Positions 8,229 through 17,680 of a stretch of 64,000 nt of DNA are shown here, piece by piece. Source of the DNA: an uncultured Nostoc sp. Lineage in GTDB: Bacteria > Cyanobacteriota > Cyanobacteriia > Cyanobacteriales > Nostocaceae. The number at the start of each line of letters is the position of its first letter. The stretch's first letter is position 1. Where the stretch lies: positions 20,373-84,372 of the forward strand of contig NZ_CAXTTT010000005.1 in NCBI RefSeq assembly GCF_964247315.1. The letters run 5' to 3'. The translations under genes were made by a program, and so were the position numbers. Under the pieces are notes generated by a model. It saw only the letters and a list, made by a program, of their open reading frames with translations. It was not told where the DNA came from and did not search any database.

Positions 8229-10583
8229 ATGAACGAAGCCGAAACCCGTGCCGAACTAATTGACCCCGCACTAAAAGCCGCAGGCTGGGGAGTTATTGAA
8301 GGTAGTCGCATCCGCCGCGAAGTTATTGCCCCTGGTCGCTTAGTTGGCAATGGTAAACGCGCTCAATCAGACATCGCCGATTATGTACTGGTTTATCGCG
8401 GTGAAAAACTCGCCGTTATCGAAGCGAAAAAACGCGACTTACGAGATACCGAAGGTTTAGGACAAGCCAAAAAATACGCCGAAAAATTGCAGACTCGATT
8501 TGCCTACTCCACAAATGGCATCGGAATCTACCAAGTAGATATGCACACAGGGGCAGAAGGCTACATCAACCAATATCCCACCCCGGAGCAACTATGGTCA
8601 GCCACCTTTAACGAAGATAATGAGTGGCGCGATCGCTTTGCTGCCATCCCTTTTGAAGACAAAAGCGGCACATGGGAAGCCCGTTATTATCAACATAATG
8701 CCATTAAGCACGTCTTAGAAGCAATCTGCCAAGGACAAAACCGGATTTTGTTAACGATGGCAACTGGCACAGGTAAAACCTTCATCGCCTTCCAACTCGC
8801 CTGGAAACTCTTTCAAAGCCGTTGGAACCTCAGCCGACAACCCACCCGTCGTCCGCGAATTTTGTTTTTAAGCGATCGCAATATCTTAGCCAACCAAGCC
8901 TATAACTCATTCTCTGCCTTCCCCGACGATGCCCTCGTCCGCATCGACCCCGAAGCTATCAAAAAACGGGGTCGAGTCCCCAAAAATGGTAGTATCTTTT
9001 TTACCATATTCCAGACCTTTATGACCGGACGGGACGACGCTGGCAATCCTACGCCCAAATTCAGCGACTATCCCCCCGACTTCTTTGACTTCATCATCAT
9101 TGATGAATGTCACCGAGGCGGAGCCAGTGACGAAAGCACCTGGCGGGGCATTTTAGAATACTTCTCCCCAGCAGTACAACTGGGACTCACCGCCACTCCT
9201 AAACGAAAATATAACGCAGACACCTACGCCTACTTCGGCGAGCCAGTCTATACCTACGCCCTCAAAGACGGCATTAACGACGGGTTTCTTACTCCCTTTA
9301 AAGTCAGACAAATCGAAACTAACCTAGATGAATATATTTACAGCACAGAAGATGAACTGATCGAAGGTGCAGTAGACGAAGCCAGAACCTACACTGAAGC
9401 TGACTTCAACCGCATAATTGAAATTGCCGATCGTGAACGCTACCGGGTGCAGTTGTTCATGGAAGAAATCGACCAGAATCAAAAAACTCTGGTGTTTTGC
9501 GCCAACCAACCCCACGCTCTAGCTGTGCGGGATTTAATCAACCAAATGAAGATTAGCAGTGACCCTAATTACTGTGTTCGCGTCACCGCAGATGATGGGA
9601 AACTCGGCGAACAGCACCTCAGCAACTTTCAAGACAACGAGAAAACTATCCCCACCATTCTCACCACCTCCCAAAAGCTATCCACTGGGGTTGATGCTCG
9701 GAATGTTCGTAACATTGTGCTGATGCGCCCCATCAACTCGATGATTGAATTTAAGCAAATAATCGGTCGCGGTACTCGCCTATTTGATGGGAAAGACTAC
9801 TTCACCATTTATGATTTCGTCAAAGCCTACGAACACTTTAACGATCCTGAATGGGATGGTGAACCCCAGGAACCTGTTCTTGTCAAGATTGCCAGAGGGG
9901 GAGAGGAATCAGGTACATACAACGACTCTATAACAGATGGTAATATAAATAGAGGCAAAAATAGAAACGAAACTACAGAAGTTCCCAACCCCAAAACCAT
10001 CAAAATCAAACTCGCTGATGGTAAAGAACGCACTCTCCAGTATCGAATGTCTACCAGCTTCTGGAGTCCGGATGGTAAACCTATGAGCGCCGCAGAATTT
10101 GTGGAACGTCTCTTTGGTGAAATTCCTGAACTATTCAGAGATGAAGACGAATTAAGAGCAATCTGGAGCCGCCCTGATACCCGTAGAGCTTTATTAGAAG
10201 GACTGGCAGAGAAGGGCTACGGGGAAGAACAACTCACAGAAATTAGTCGCCTGATTGATGCTGAGAAAAGCGATTTATATGATGTGCTAGCTTATATCGC
10301 CTATGTCTCACCACCTATAAGCCGCCGAGAGCGTGTCCTCGCTCACAAATCATTAATTTTCTCGCGCTATATCGGCAAACAGCAAGAATTTCTCGACTTT
10401 ATACTCGAACAATACATCAAAGCTGGGGTGGGGGAACTTGATCGCACTAAATTACCTCAACTGTTAGAGTTAAAATATCATACTGTTCGTGATGCTGTTG
10501 AAGAATTAGGGAGCGTTGCGAATATTAGTGAAGTATTTATCGGGTTTCAGCAGTATTTGTATTCTCAGGACATAGTAGCTTAA
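8229..10583 (+). CDS. hsdR: type I restriction enzyme R subunit (HsdR, EcoEI-like), with no hsdM/hsdS nearby
   Basis: N-terminal MNEAETRAELIDPALKAAGW nuclease domain with VIEAKK, helicase motifs MATGTGKT and IIDECHRG, QKLSTGVDA, and an EcoEI_R_C-like tail. Confidence 0.9.
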   Translation: MNEAETRAELIDPALKAAGWGVIEGSRIRREVIAPGRLVGNGKRAQSDIADYVLVYRGEKLAVIEAKKRDLRDTEGLGQAKKYAEKLQTRFAYSTNGIGIYQVDMHTGAEGYINQYPTPEQLWSATFNEDNEWRDRFAAIPFEDKSGTWEARYYQHNAIKHVLEAICQGQNRILLTMATGTGKTFIAFQLAWKLFQSRWNLSRQPTRRPRILFLSDRNILANQAYNSFSAFPDDALVRIDPEAIKKRGRVPKNGSIFFTIFQTFMTGRDDAGNPTPKFSDYPPDFFDFIIIDECHRGGASDESTWRGILEYFSPAVQLGLTATPKRKYNADTYAYFGEPVYTYALKDGINDGFLTPFKVRQIETNLDEYIYSTEDELIEGAVDEARTYTEADFNRIIEIADRERYRVQLFMEEIDQNQKTLVFCANQPHALAVRDLINQMKISSDPNYCVRVTADDGKLGEQHLSNFQDNEKTIPTILTTSQKLSTGVDARNVRNIVLMRPINSMIEFKQIIGRGTRLFDGKDYFTIYDFVKAYEHFNDPEWDGEPQEPVLVKIARGGEESGTYNDSITDGNINRGKNRNETTEVPNPKTIKIKLADGKERTLQYRMSTSFWSPDGKPMSAAEFVERLFGEIPELFRDEDELRAIWSRPDTRRALLEGLAEKGYGEEQLTEISRLIDAEKSDLYDVLAYIAYVSPPISRRERVLAHKSLIFSRYIGKQQEFLDFILEQYIKAGVGELDRTKLPQLLELKYHTVRDAVEELGSVANISEVFIGFQQYLYSQDIVA

Positions 10584-10611
10584 TTAGGCAGATCGCTACA
10601 ATTAAACACCA

Positions 10612-10830
10612 TTAATGTACTGAAATTTTGGTTGTTGACTGTTGGAAATCAATTTTTTGTACAATTATATCTTGCATCTGTCGATTGAATTGCTTGAGTT
10701 TATCAATGTTTACTCCAGACAACTGCCAATATTTTTGATGATCGTAGGTTGTAATCCACAAATGGTCATCAAACTCGACAAGAAGCAGTTCGTCTAGCTC
10801 AATTGAGTCATCCATATTTAGAGAGTGCAT
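10612..10830 (-). CDS. hypothetical protein (72 aa)
   Basis: ORF only. No recognisable motifs. Confidence 0.3.
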   Translation of the reverse strand: MHSLNMDDSIELDELLLVEFDDHLWITTYDHQKYWQLSGVNIDKLKQFNRQMQDIIVQKIDFQQSTTKISVH

Positions 10831-10863
10831 ATTAATACATCCCCAGTTTAGTAGCTGTTAGAT

Positions 10864-10964
10864 GTAGATTTCTCTACTTGTCAGTATCTAAGTTTACAAG
10901 TAGATTTATAACACTCTGAATTTTATAAATCTACACTTAATGCATATCTACACGTCACGTAGAT
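10864..10964. repeat. cluster of five GTAGAT(T/A)T motifs in both orientations, forming three hairpins
   Basis: GTAGAT at 10864, 10900 and 10959. ATCTAC at 10929 and 10946. Inverted repeat CTACTTGT/ACAAGTAG. Confidence 0.5.
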
Positions 10965-11089
10965 TAATTGATAGACAAAACAAAAGCGATCGCCACTCCG
11001 GGAAGAGGCTGCGATCGCCTTTTGTGAAACCCCATCGATGAGGTTACATAGATGATTGTACAAGAAGAGTCTGATAACCAAACCTTAGC

Positions 11090-11417
11090 TCAATCGGAGT
11101 TTGAGGAATACATTGACCAGCTTGGTGAAACTAATAGCTTCAGAAATTGAAATCGATTCAGTACCAGATGAGCTTGGAGACCTATAGATGCTGGTGAAAT
11201 TAGATGTTTGTTTTTAATACTTTCTTCATAAATTGTTTTGATAAATTCTTGCCAGTCTTTCTTCGCTAACTCGATATTTTCCCTTATCTGAGCGTTGTAT
11301 TCCTGCTGATTCTGATAATTTGTTATCATGGTATTGCTTGAGGAGGCGTTCCACCTGATGAGTAGAAACACCAAGGGTATTTGCAACAGCCTGCTTTCTC
11401 TGAGACTTAATCGTGCG
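11090..11417 (-). pseudogene. tnsB: tnsB (Tn7-like/Mu-type transposase) N-terminal remnant: 5'-truncated, frameshifted and 3'-truncated
   Basis: Frame A reads ...QAVANTLGVSTHQVERLLKQYHDNKLSESAGIQRSDKGKYRVSEE. Frame B reads KDWQEFIKTIYEESIKNKHLISPASI. Together these align to ShCAST TnsB residues ~70-140 as I recall them (AAEKLNVSLRTVQRLVKNWEQDGL...SRADKGKHRIGEFWENFITKTYKEGNKG). There is no start codon. Confidence 0.6.
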
Positions 11418-11477
11418 ATATTGACAAATAATTAGTTAATGTACAATTCATCCTTTATACTTCAATGGGTATTCTAC

Positions 11478-13313
11478 TTACCCGCCTAAAGTCCGCGTAT
11501 AAATTACCTGACCTTGGGAATCATAAAGAAAAAGGGACAGATTGGCATTCTCACCAATTACGGCTAGGGCTTCCCGCAAGATTTGCAAGTGATTGGTAAC
11601 ATCAATAGCAGTATCCGAATTCTTAGAATAAGGATTAGCCAAGTTATTTTGCCTTATTTGATCGTACTCTGGGGTTAGTCGGACAATAATTCCTGCATTG
11701 TCCATGTTAAAGGTGCAAATCCGAATTCCATTAGTACAGGTCTTATCCAAGTCAGTGCGGGTTTGTTGCAAACTACTAACAGCTTGTAGTTTTTCTTGTG
11801 ATTGTTTGAGCGCAGCTGAATAGGGTTCGATGACAGACTGAGCTTGAGTGTAGTACAAGCTATCTTGGGGAACTTTTTTAGCAGTTTGCAAAGCCTGATC
11901 CCAATATATCGCCGCTGCTTGCCATTGGTTTTGTTGTTGATAAACTTTGGCTTGCTTGGCGGTGCTAAGGGCCTGTTGGTAGGTTTTAACAGCTAATTGT
12001 TCTTTAGTAGCGCGATCGCGTACTAATACTAACTTAGGTTTATAATCTATCAACAGCTTTTGAGCTTCTTGGTATCCAACGCTATTCCGGAAAATGGTAT
12101 TCAAGGCATTAATTACTATCAGCCAAGTAGACTGCGCCTTTTGCCAGTCATTCAAGGATTTAGCAGTAGCTTCCTGCTTCTCGGCTGTAACGGCTACAGC
12201 TTTTGCCGCAGTTAGTTTTTTCAGCCATTTTTCCTCAATAAATATCTGTTGATTTACAGTGTGCAAACGGACACGATAATTCAGTAATTTACCCTGCACC
12301 AGCCCATAGAGTTCACTACTGGAACTTATACTTTCGAGTGGCGCTATAGCCTGTCGCCATAAATGTTGCCTAGTTTGTAATTCCTCTAAGCTAGATGCAG
12401 GAGTTTGAACTTTTTGTGTCGCCAAAGATCCAGTTTGCAAAGCTTTGACCACCTGATTGATTCTTTGCGATCGCCCAGACAAACTTGCTTGTAGTTCTTT
12501 TGACACCTGGTAACGAGGCGACCAACTAGGAATTACATTTAGGTCTGTACTGGCTGCTGTAAGTTGCTGTTGTACAGCTACTAATTCTTTTTCAGACTTG
12601 GCGCGGCGCATCATCTGTGGAGATTTTGTTTTTAATTGCTCGGCGTTTTGTATTTCTTTACACTCAGACATCACACAAGGGCGAGTTAATAAGTAAGCAC
12701 CACCGCCTAAAACTAAAATTCCCACCAACACCGTACCCAGTAGGATAGGTTTGACCTGGAATCCTCTCTTTGAAGCCGATAAATTCGGCACATCTGCAAA
12801 TGGGTCAAACAGTTCTTCTTCTTTACTCTCATTGATTGATGGAGAATATGTCAGAGATGATGAGGAGGATATTACTTCCTTATCTTCTTGTGCTTCCTCA
12901 TCTCCCTCTGCTACCCATCCCTCAGTCGGCTTCAATGCCAAGAAACATTTAGTATAAGGGAGTTGTTCGCCAAAAACTCTGAGGAAACATTGCACCCGCT
13001 GCTCTTTGTGGGGTGCTAGAGATTGAAGTACTTCCTCAATGACTGCAAAAATTAGTTGAGCGTCAACTATTACATCTGAGGCGTGTTGCGTTAAAATCAT
13101 TAGCTCGCCTTTATTGACGACGCACTTAACCTCGAAGACTTCAGCGGTTGAGACTTCTACAAGTAATTGTTCTTGCAAAGTTTTGGCTAAAAGCTGTAAA
13201 TCTTCCTGCTGGACTGCTACTTTCATAGAGCTTTGCCGCTGAACTTCTATATTGTTTTGATTATCTTTAAGGGGATGAAATGAACTTTTTAGGTTTGTTG
13301 AATGCAAATGCAC
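11478..13313 (-). CDS. hypothetical membrane-anchored protein (one central TM helix, large C-terminal domain)
   Basis: 611-aa ORF with TM segment ILLGTVLVGILVLGGGAYLL. An alternative start is MKVAV at 13226. Confidence 0.6.
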   Translation of the reverse strand: MHLHSTNLKSSFHPLKDNQNNIEVQRQSSMKVAVQQEDLQLLAKTLQEQLLVEVSTAEVFEVKCVVNKGELMILTQHASDVIVDAQLIFAVIEEVLQSLAPHKEQRVQCFLRVFGEQLPYTKCFLALKPTEGWVAEGDEEAQEDKEVISSSSSLTYSPSINESKEEELFDPFADVPNLSASKRGFQVKPILLGTVLVGILVLGGGAYLLTRPCVMSECKEIQNAEQLKTKSPQMMRRAKSEKELVAVQQQLTAASTDLNVIPSWSPRYQVSKELQASLSGRSQRINQVVKALQTGSLATQKVQTPASSLEELQTRQHLWRQAIAPLESISSSSELYGLVQGKLLNYRVRLHTVNQQIFIEEKWLKKLTAAKAVAVTAEKQEATAKSLNDWQKAQSTWLIVINALNTIFRNSVGYQEAQKLLIDYKPKLVLVRDRATKEQLAVKTYQQALSTAKQAKVYQQQNQWQAAAIYWDQALQTAKKVPQDSLYYTQAQSVIEPYSAALKQSQEKLQAVSSLQQTRTDLDKTCTNGIRICTFNMDNAGIIVRLTPEYDQIRQNNLANPYSKNSDTAIDVTNHLQILREALAVIGENANLSLFLYDSQGQVIYTRTLGG

Positions 13314-13874
13314 AGTTTAATCAACCACAGCCTGAGAATCTGAACGACCAACTTTCTAACACAAATTCTGGCTTTTCACCAAAAGTTAAAAAAGTAATTA
13401 TTGTTCGTGGCGATACATTTTTACAGCGCTAGATGCAAAATAAAATAATCTGTCTTCAGACATAAATTACAAATACAAAATGGGAATAATAAGAAATTTG
13501 AGTATTTTAACTGCGTTATTTCGCGACAATTAAATTCACAATAGCCACTGCTCTGCAAAATCTAGTTGCAGAGCAGTTGTTACTAAATTATCTAGAGGTT
13601 AAGAAAACCATGCTATGTCAGAGGGTTTTGACAGAAATACTAGTTATCTTCTATGCTGGGAAACTTGCTGAGAAAATTAATTACCTGTTGTGGCTCTGCT
13701 ACAAACAAGTTGGCTATCGAAATTAATATGCTGAATTTGCTGAATTCGATAAAATTGATCCGTAAAAAATAAGTTTTCATAGCTGCAAAAAGGTTAATTC
13801 TGCAATAAAGGTGCTGCAAAATATTAAGACAGGACTAACCAAAAGCTTGGAAAGTGTCAATACAAGGTGTATCA

Positions 13875-15101
13875 ATGGATTTATTAGAGTACCAAGTTAA
13901 AGAATGGTTTGCAAAGATAGGCATTCCAGTATTGCCTTCCCAACGAATTGACCATCCTACAGATTTAAAACGGTTAAAAATTCGCTTTCCAATTGTACTG
14001 AAATCTCAAGTCCACGGAGCAGAACGGGCAAAAGCGGGTGGAGTCAGGTTTGCCCAAACAACTATCGATGCGATCGCAGCTGCTCAAAATATCTTTAGTT
14101 TACCAATATGGGGTGAATTGCCGGAAGTTGTGCTGGCAGAATCTAAATACGACGCCAATCAAGAATTTTATCTAGCAGTAGTTTTAGACACTGCTGCCTG
14201 CCGACCGGTACTTTTAGGTTGCAAAGAAGCAGACATCGATTGGGAATCGGCTGGGGAAAGAATGCACTACGTTGTCGTAGAACAGGAATTCTCGCCATTT
14301 TATGCTAGACGATTGGCTTTGAAAATGGGTTTGCAAGGGACGCTGATGCAGTCGGTAAGCAGTGTTGTGGAGAAGATGTACCACTTATTTGTCCAAAAAG
14401 ACCTGGATTTAGTCGAAATTAATCCCTTGGCAGTCAGTACTACTAGTCAAGTTATGGCTCTTAATGGTAAAGTCAGGGTCAACGAACGGTCGATCAAGCG
14501 TCATCCCGATCTGGCCGAGATGGCAGCAAAAATTATCAGTCGTCATACTACTACTGAAATTAACGGTATTTTAGGCGACTGGGATGGTGTACAAATGCAT
14601 GGGAAAATCGGTATTTTAGGTAATGGTACTGGTTCAGTGATGGCAACTTTAGATTTAGTTGCGAACGCTGGTGGCAATCCAGGTGTTTGTTTGAATCTAC
14701 GTCATGCTTTCCTTACAGATACTACACCAACTACCTTCCGCGATCGCCTAGAAACAGGTTTGAAAATGCTGGAGGCCGATCAAAGCATTCAAGTAATACT
14801 AATTAACTTTCTGGGTAGCATTCCGCAAACTGAGGAAGTGGCTGAAGTTATAGCTAGAGTTGTGCAGTCAGACAACAGCGAACTTCAATCACAGGTTGTA
14901 CGTTCTAATGGTAGTAAAGTTCGGCGACAGCTTAATTTTCCATCCTTAGTTGTCCGTCTTGCTGGTTCTGAATTTAACACTGCGAGAAAATATTTGACGA
15001 CACTAAAAACCTACACCGATGCGCTTGTCGTGGTAGAAAATTTAGATGAGGCAGTGGCAGCAGCAGTTCTCCTTGCTAAACCAACGGCTAATAAAAGATA
15101 G
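13875..15101 (+). CDS. succinate--CoA ligase beta-subunit-like ATP-grasp protein
   Basis: MDLLEYQVKEWFAKIGIPV N-terminus typical of SucC. The ORF track starts at a GTG at 13854. Confidence 0.75.
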   Translation: MDLLEYQVKEWFAKIGIPVLPSQRIDHPTDLKRLKIRFPIVLKSQVHGAERAKAGGVRFAQTTIDAIAAAQNIFSLPIWGELPEVVLAESKYDANQEFYLAVVLDTAACRPVLLGCKEADIDWESAGERMHYVVVEQEFSPFYARRLALKMGLQGTLMQSVSSVVEKMYHLFVQKDLDLVEINPLAVSTTSQVMALNGKVRVNERSIKRHPDLAEMAAKIISRHTTTEINGILGDWDGVQMHGKIGILGNGTGSVMATLDLVANAGGNPGVCLNLRHAFLTDTTPTTFRDRLETGLKMLEADQSIQVILINFLGSIPQTEEVAEVIARVVQSDNSELQSQVVRSNGSKVRRQLNFPSLVVRLAGSEFNTARKYLTTLKTYTDALVVVENLDEAVAAAVLLAKPTANKR

Positions 15102-15399
15102 TGAATGTCCTCCTTGTTTCAATTCAAAAATCAAAAATTATTAATTTTTACCGTCAGGTATAAATTTTTGAATTTGATGTTCAAATCAAGTACAGCTTTG
15201 CTTTATGGGACTAAATTATATAGTGCATTCAAACTGAATATTCCTAGCTAGAGGCTGGTTTTCTGAGTTTTGGAACACTCAGCTTCCACGCTAATTTTTG
15301 GAATTTCAGTAAAAATTAAATCAATACGACACTATAAATGTGTTGTTTTTATGCCCAGTGCTTGAAGGCGCTGGGTTGCCAAACTTACGGTAATTTTTT

Positions 15400-16281
15400 A
15401 TGAACCTAACGCCAGAAAGTAAAGTTTTAATTCAAGGCTTTTGTGAATTTATATCAAGCACTCATGTCGATCAAATGAAAGCTTATGGCACAAATTTAGT
15501 AGCTGGTGTCAATCCTGGATGCGGCGGACAGGAACTGCATGGACTGCCGGTATTTGATTTAGTAGAGGAGGTAATAGAACAACTTGGGGCAATTGACACA
15601 ACAATTATTTGTGTAGATCCTTACGATGTGTTAGATGCAGCATTAGAAGCGATCGCATCTAATATTCGCCAGATTATTATTATTACTGCTGGTGTGCCGC
15701 CTTTGGATATGGTGCAATTACTCCGCAAAGCCGAAGCTTGTGAAACTTTGGTAATCGGGCCAAATAGTCCGGGGATCATTGTACCGGGAAAAATTCTCTT
15801 AGGGACTCAACCTAGCGAATTTTATACCCCTGGAACAGTGGGGATCGTTAGTCGTAGCAGTACCCTTACCTACGAAATTGCATACGAATTAACAAAAGCA
15901 GGTTTAGGGCAGTCGATTAGTGTCAGTATTGGTAGTGATGCGATCGTCGGTTCCTCATTTTTGCAATGGCTGCAAATTCTCGATGAGGATGAAACCACAC
16001 AAGCGATCGTTTTAGTCGGTCAACCTGGTGGTGGTAGTGAAGAAGCAGCAGCGCGGTATATTGCTGAGGCAATTGATAAACCAGTAATTGCCTACATTGC
16101 AGGTAGACAAGCACCACCAGGAAAAAGTTGGCGTCAAACTGGGACTTTAGCAACGGTTATCGGACGCGATCCTAACTTTGGCACAGCCCAAAGTAAATTA
16201 GCTGCTTTAAAAGAAGCGGAAGTTCCAGTAGCCGAACGCCCTTCTCAAATTCCAGAATTATTGCGAAAGGAAATTAACTAA
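15400..16281 (+). CDS. succinate--CoA ligase alpha-subunit-like CoA-binding protein
   Basis: CoA-binding and ligase motifs (GPNSPGII, GIVSRSSTLTYE). Confidence 0.8.
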   Translation: MNLTPESKVLIQGFCEFISSTHVDQMKAYGTNLVAGVNPGCGGQELHGLPVFDLVEEVIEQLGAIDTTIICVDPYDVLDAALEAIASNIRQIIIITAGVPPLDMVQLLRKAEACETLVIGPNSPGIIVPGKILLGTQPSEFYTPGTVGIVSRSSTLTYEIAYELTKAGLGQSISVSIGSDAIVGSSFLQWLQILDEDETTQAIVLVGQPGGGSEEAAARYIAEAIDKPVIAYIAGRQAPPGKSWRQTGTLATVIGRDPNFGTAQSKLAALKEAEVPVAERPSQIPELLRKEIN

Positions 16282-16341
16282 TTACTAATTCGTAATTCAA
16301 TTCTTAACTACGAATTACGAATTACGAATTATTTTAATTGG

Positions 16342-16443
16342 TCAGTCTTGGGAACGATTTTGAGGGAACAGGTAAGCGATCGCAGCGTAACCCGAAGCAC
16401 TGAGTAAACTAACCAAAAAAGCAGCCAAAATAAAAGTAGACAT
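16342..16443 (-). CDS. possible 33-aa single-TM peptide
   Basis: Hand translation: MSTFILAAFLVSLLSASGYAAIAYLFPQNRSQD*. No family recognised. Confidence 0.25.
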   Translation of the reverse strand: MSTFILAAFLVSLLSASGYAAIAYLFPQNRSQD

Positions 16444-16586
16444 AATGTTACACTCTATGCATTTCTAAAATCCTGGCATTCATCAACAAACCAAGATTTT
16501 GGATACTTTCAAATTAGCAATTGGGTATGACACAGCCGTGACTACCTTGTGTCAATCCCTCGGATTTCAAGGTTTTATGGCTCAAC

Positions 16587-17675
16587 TCAAGCCAAAGGCA
16601 GAAAAAAGCGAAACGTACTACCAACTCCCAATTCGCTTTCTACCTGAATTTGACCGCCTTGTAATTCAATCAAACGGCGGGAAATAGTTAAACCAATACC
16701 AGTACCTCCCGAATGGCGATCGCGCGATTGGTCAGCTCGCCAGAAACGCTCAAACACATGAGGTAAATTTTCTGGAGCGATACCAATGCCTGTATCACTA
16801 ACCGCAATCCAGAGTTGAGATGCTTCAGTCCCAGCACCAATGGTAATTGAACCTTCGTTAGTGTAACGCACTGCATTACCTAGCAGATTAACCAATACCT
16901 GTTCCGTCCGGTCAATATCTGCCAATACAGGGGGTAGCACAGATGGACATTGCAATAGCAGAACTGGCCCATCTTCTAATAGTTGGTCGGTAAATTTCTC
17001 CACTAATGACTCTAATAACGGACGCAAATTTACCCGTTGGATATTAATTGGTAGATAACCTGCTTCTGCCTTAGATAGTTCTTGTAAATCGTTCACCAGC
17101 CGCTCTAAGCGTCGAGTTTCTTTAGCTAAACGCCGATATATTTCAGGAGATGCTTCAATTTCTCCATCAGCCAGTTCTTCCAAATAACCACGCACCACAG
17201 TTAATGGTGTTCGTAATTCATGGGTCATATCTCCAATCACTTCTCGCCGCCGCGCTTCTACACCTTCTAAACTGGCTGCCATTCGGTTGAAACTGGTACT
17301 CAATCCACTAAGTTCTGGAATGTCAGACACAGGTAGCCGTGCATCCATCTGACCAGCAGCAAATTTTTGGGTGATTTGTTCCATCTCGGTCAATCGCTGC
17401 ATAATCCGTCTGGACACCCAGTAACTCAATCCTCCGGCGGCGGTAGTACCGACTAAGACAGACCAAATAGTGCTTCGCTGCCAAGCAAGTTCAAATCCTG
17501 TAACCAATTCAGCACGGACATCGATTAAGTCGAACCCCTGATTTTCTAATCCTTCCAAATGCAAGACAAACAAGCGGGGGGAAGAGATTTTGCTGATGCT
17601 CACCAGACTAGCTACCCCCACGATCATTACCACTAAGTGGGAGAAAAATAGGCGCCCTCTCAGCCCCATCTTCAT
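16587..17675 (-). CDS. sensor histidine kinase (TM-HAMP-HisKA-HATPase)
   Basis: H-box THELRTPLT, N-box LLGNAVRYT, G-boxes DTGIGI and GTGIGL. Confidence 0.9.
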   Translation of the reverse strand: MKMGLRGRLFFSHLVVMIVGVASLVSISKISSPRLFVLHLEGLENQGFDLIDVRAELVTGFELAWQRSTIWSVLVGTTAAGGLSYWVSRRIMQRLTEMEQITQKFAAGQMDARLPVSDIPELSGLSTSFNRMAASLEGVEARRREVIGDMTHELRTPLTVVRGYLEELADGEIEASPEIYRRLAKETRRLERLVNDLQELSKAEAGYLPINIQRVNLRPLLESLVEKFTDQLLEDGPVLLLQCPSVLPPVLADIDRTEQVLVNLLGNAVRYTNEGSITIGAGTEASQLWIAVSDTGIGIAPENLPHVFERFWRADQSRDRHSGGTGIGLTISRRLIELQGGQIQVESELGVGSTFRFFLPLA

Positions 17676-17680
17676 AATAT

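Larger units (their letters stand above)
6407..11445 (-). mobile_element. decayed Tn7-like type V-K CAST relic (cas12k stub, RHH regulator, cargo including hsdR, tnsB stub), non-autonomous
   Basis: Inverted termini: 6407 TGTACATTCGCTAATTATATGTC versus the reverse complement of 11445 TGTACATTAACTAATTATTTGTC. Phased subterminal repeats. Cas12k and TnsB N-terminal remnants read in the order expected for tnsB...cas12k on the minus strand. Sits 2 nt from a tRNA 3' end. Confidence 0.7.

Noticed and set aside
7894-8271. 125-aa minus-strand ORF with perfect 22-aa repeats (LDLLLRTFLLFLQGFQALRVTN)
   Set aside because: It is simply the translation of the 66-bp (22-codon) tandem DNA repeat. It has no plausible start context and overlaps the hsdR start. 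I treat it as an artefact.
10864-10964. GTAGAT-ending hairpins reminiscent of Cas12a direct repeats
   Set aside because: The spacing is irregular, the motifs occur in both orientations, there are no spacer-sized unique intervals, and no cas12a is present. The resemblance is limited to a 6-mer.
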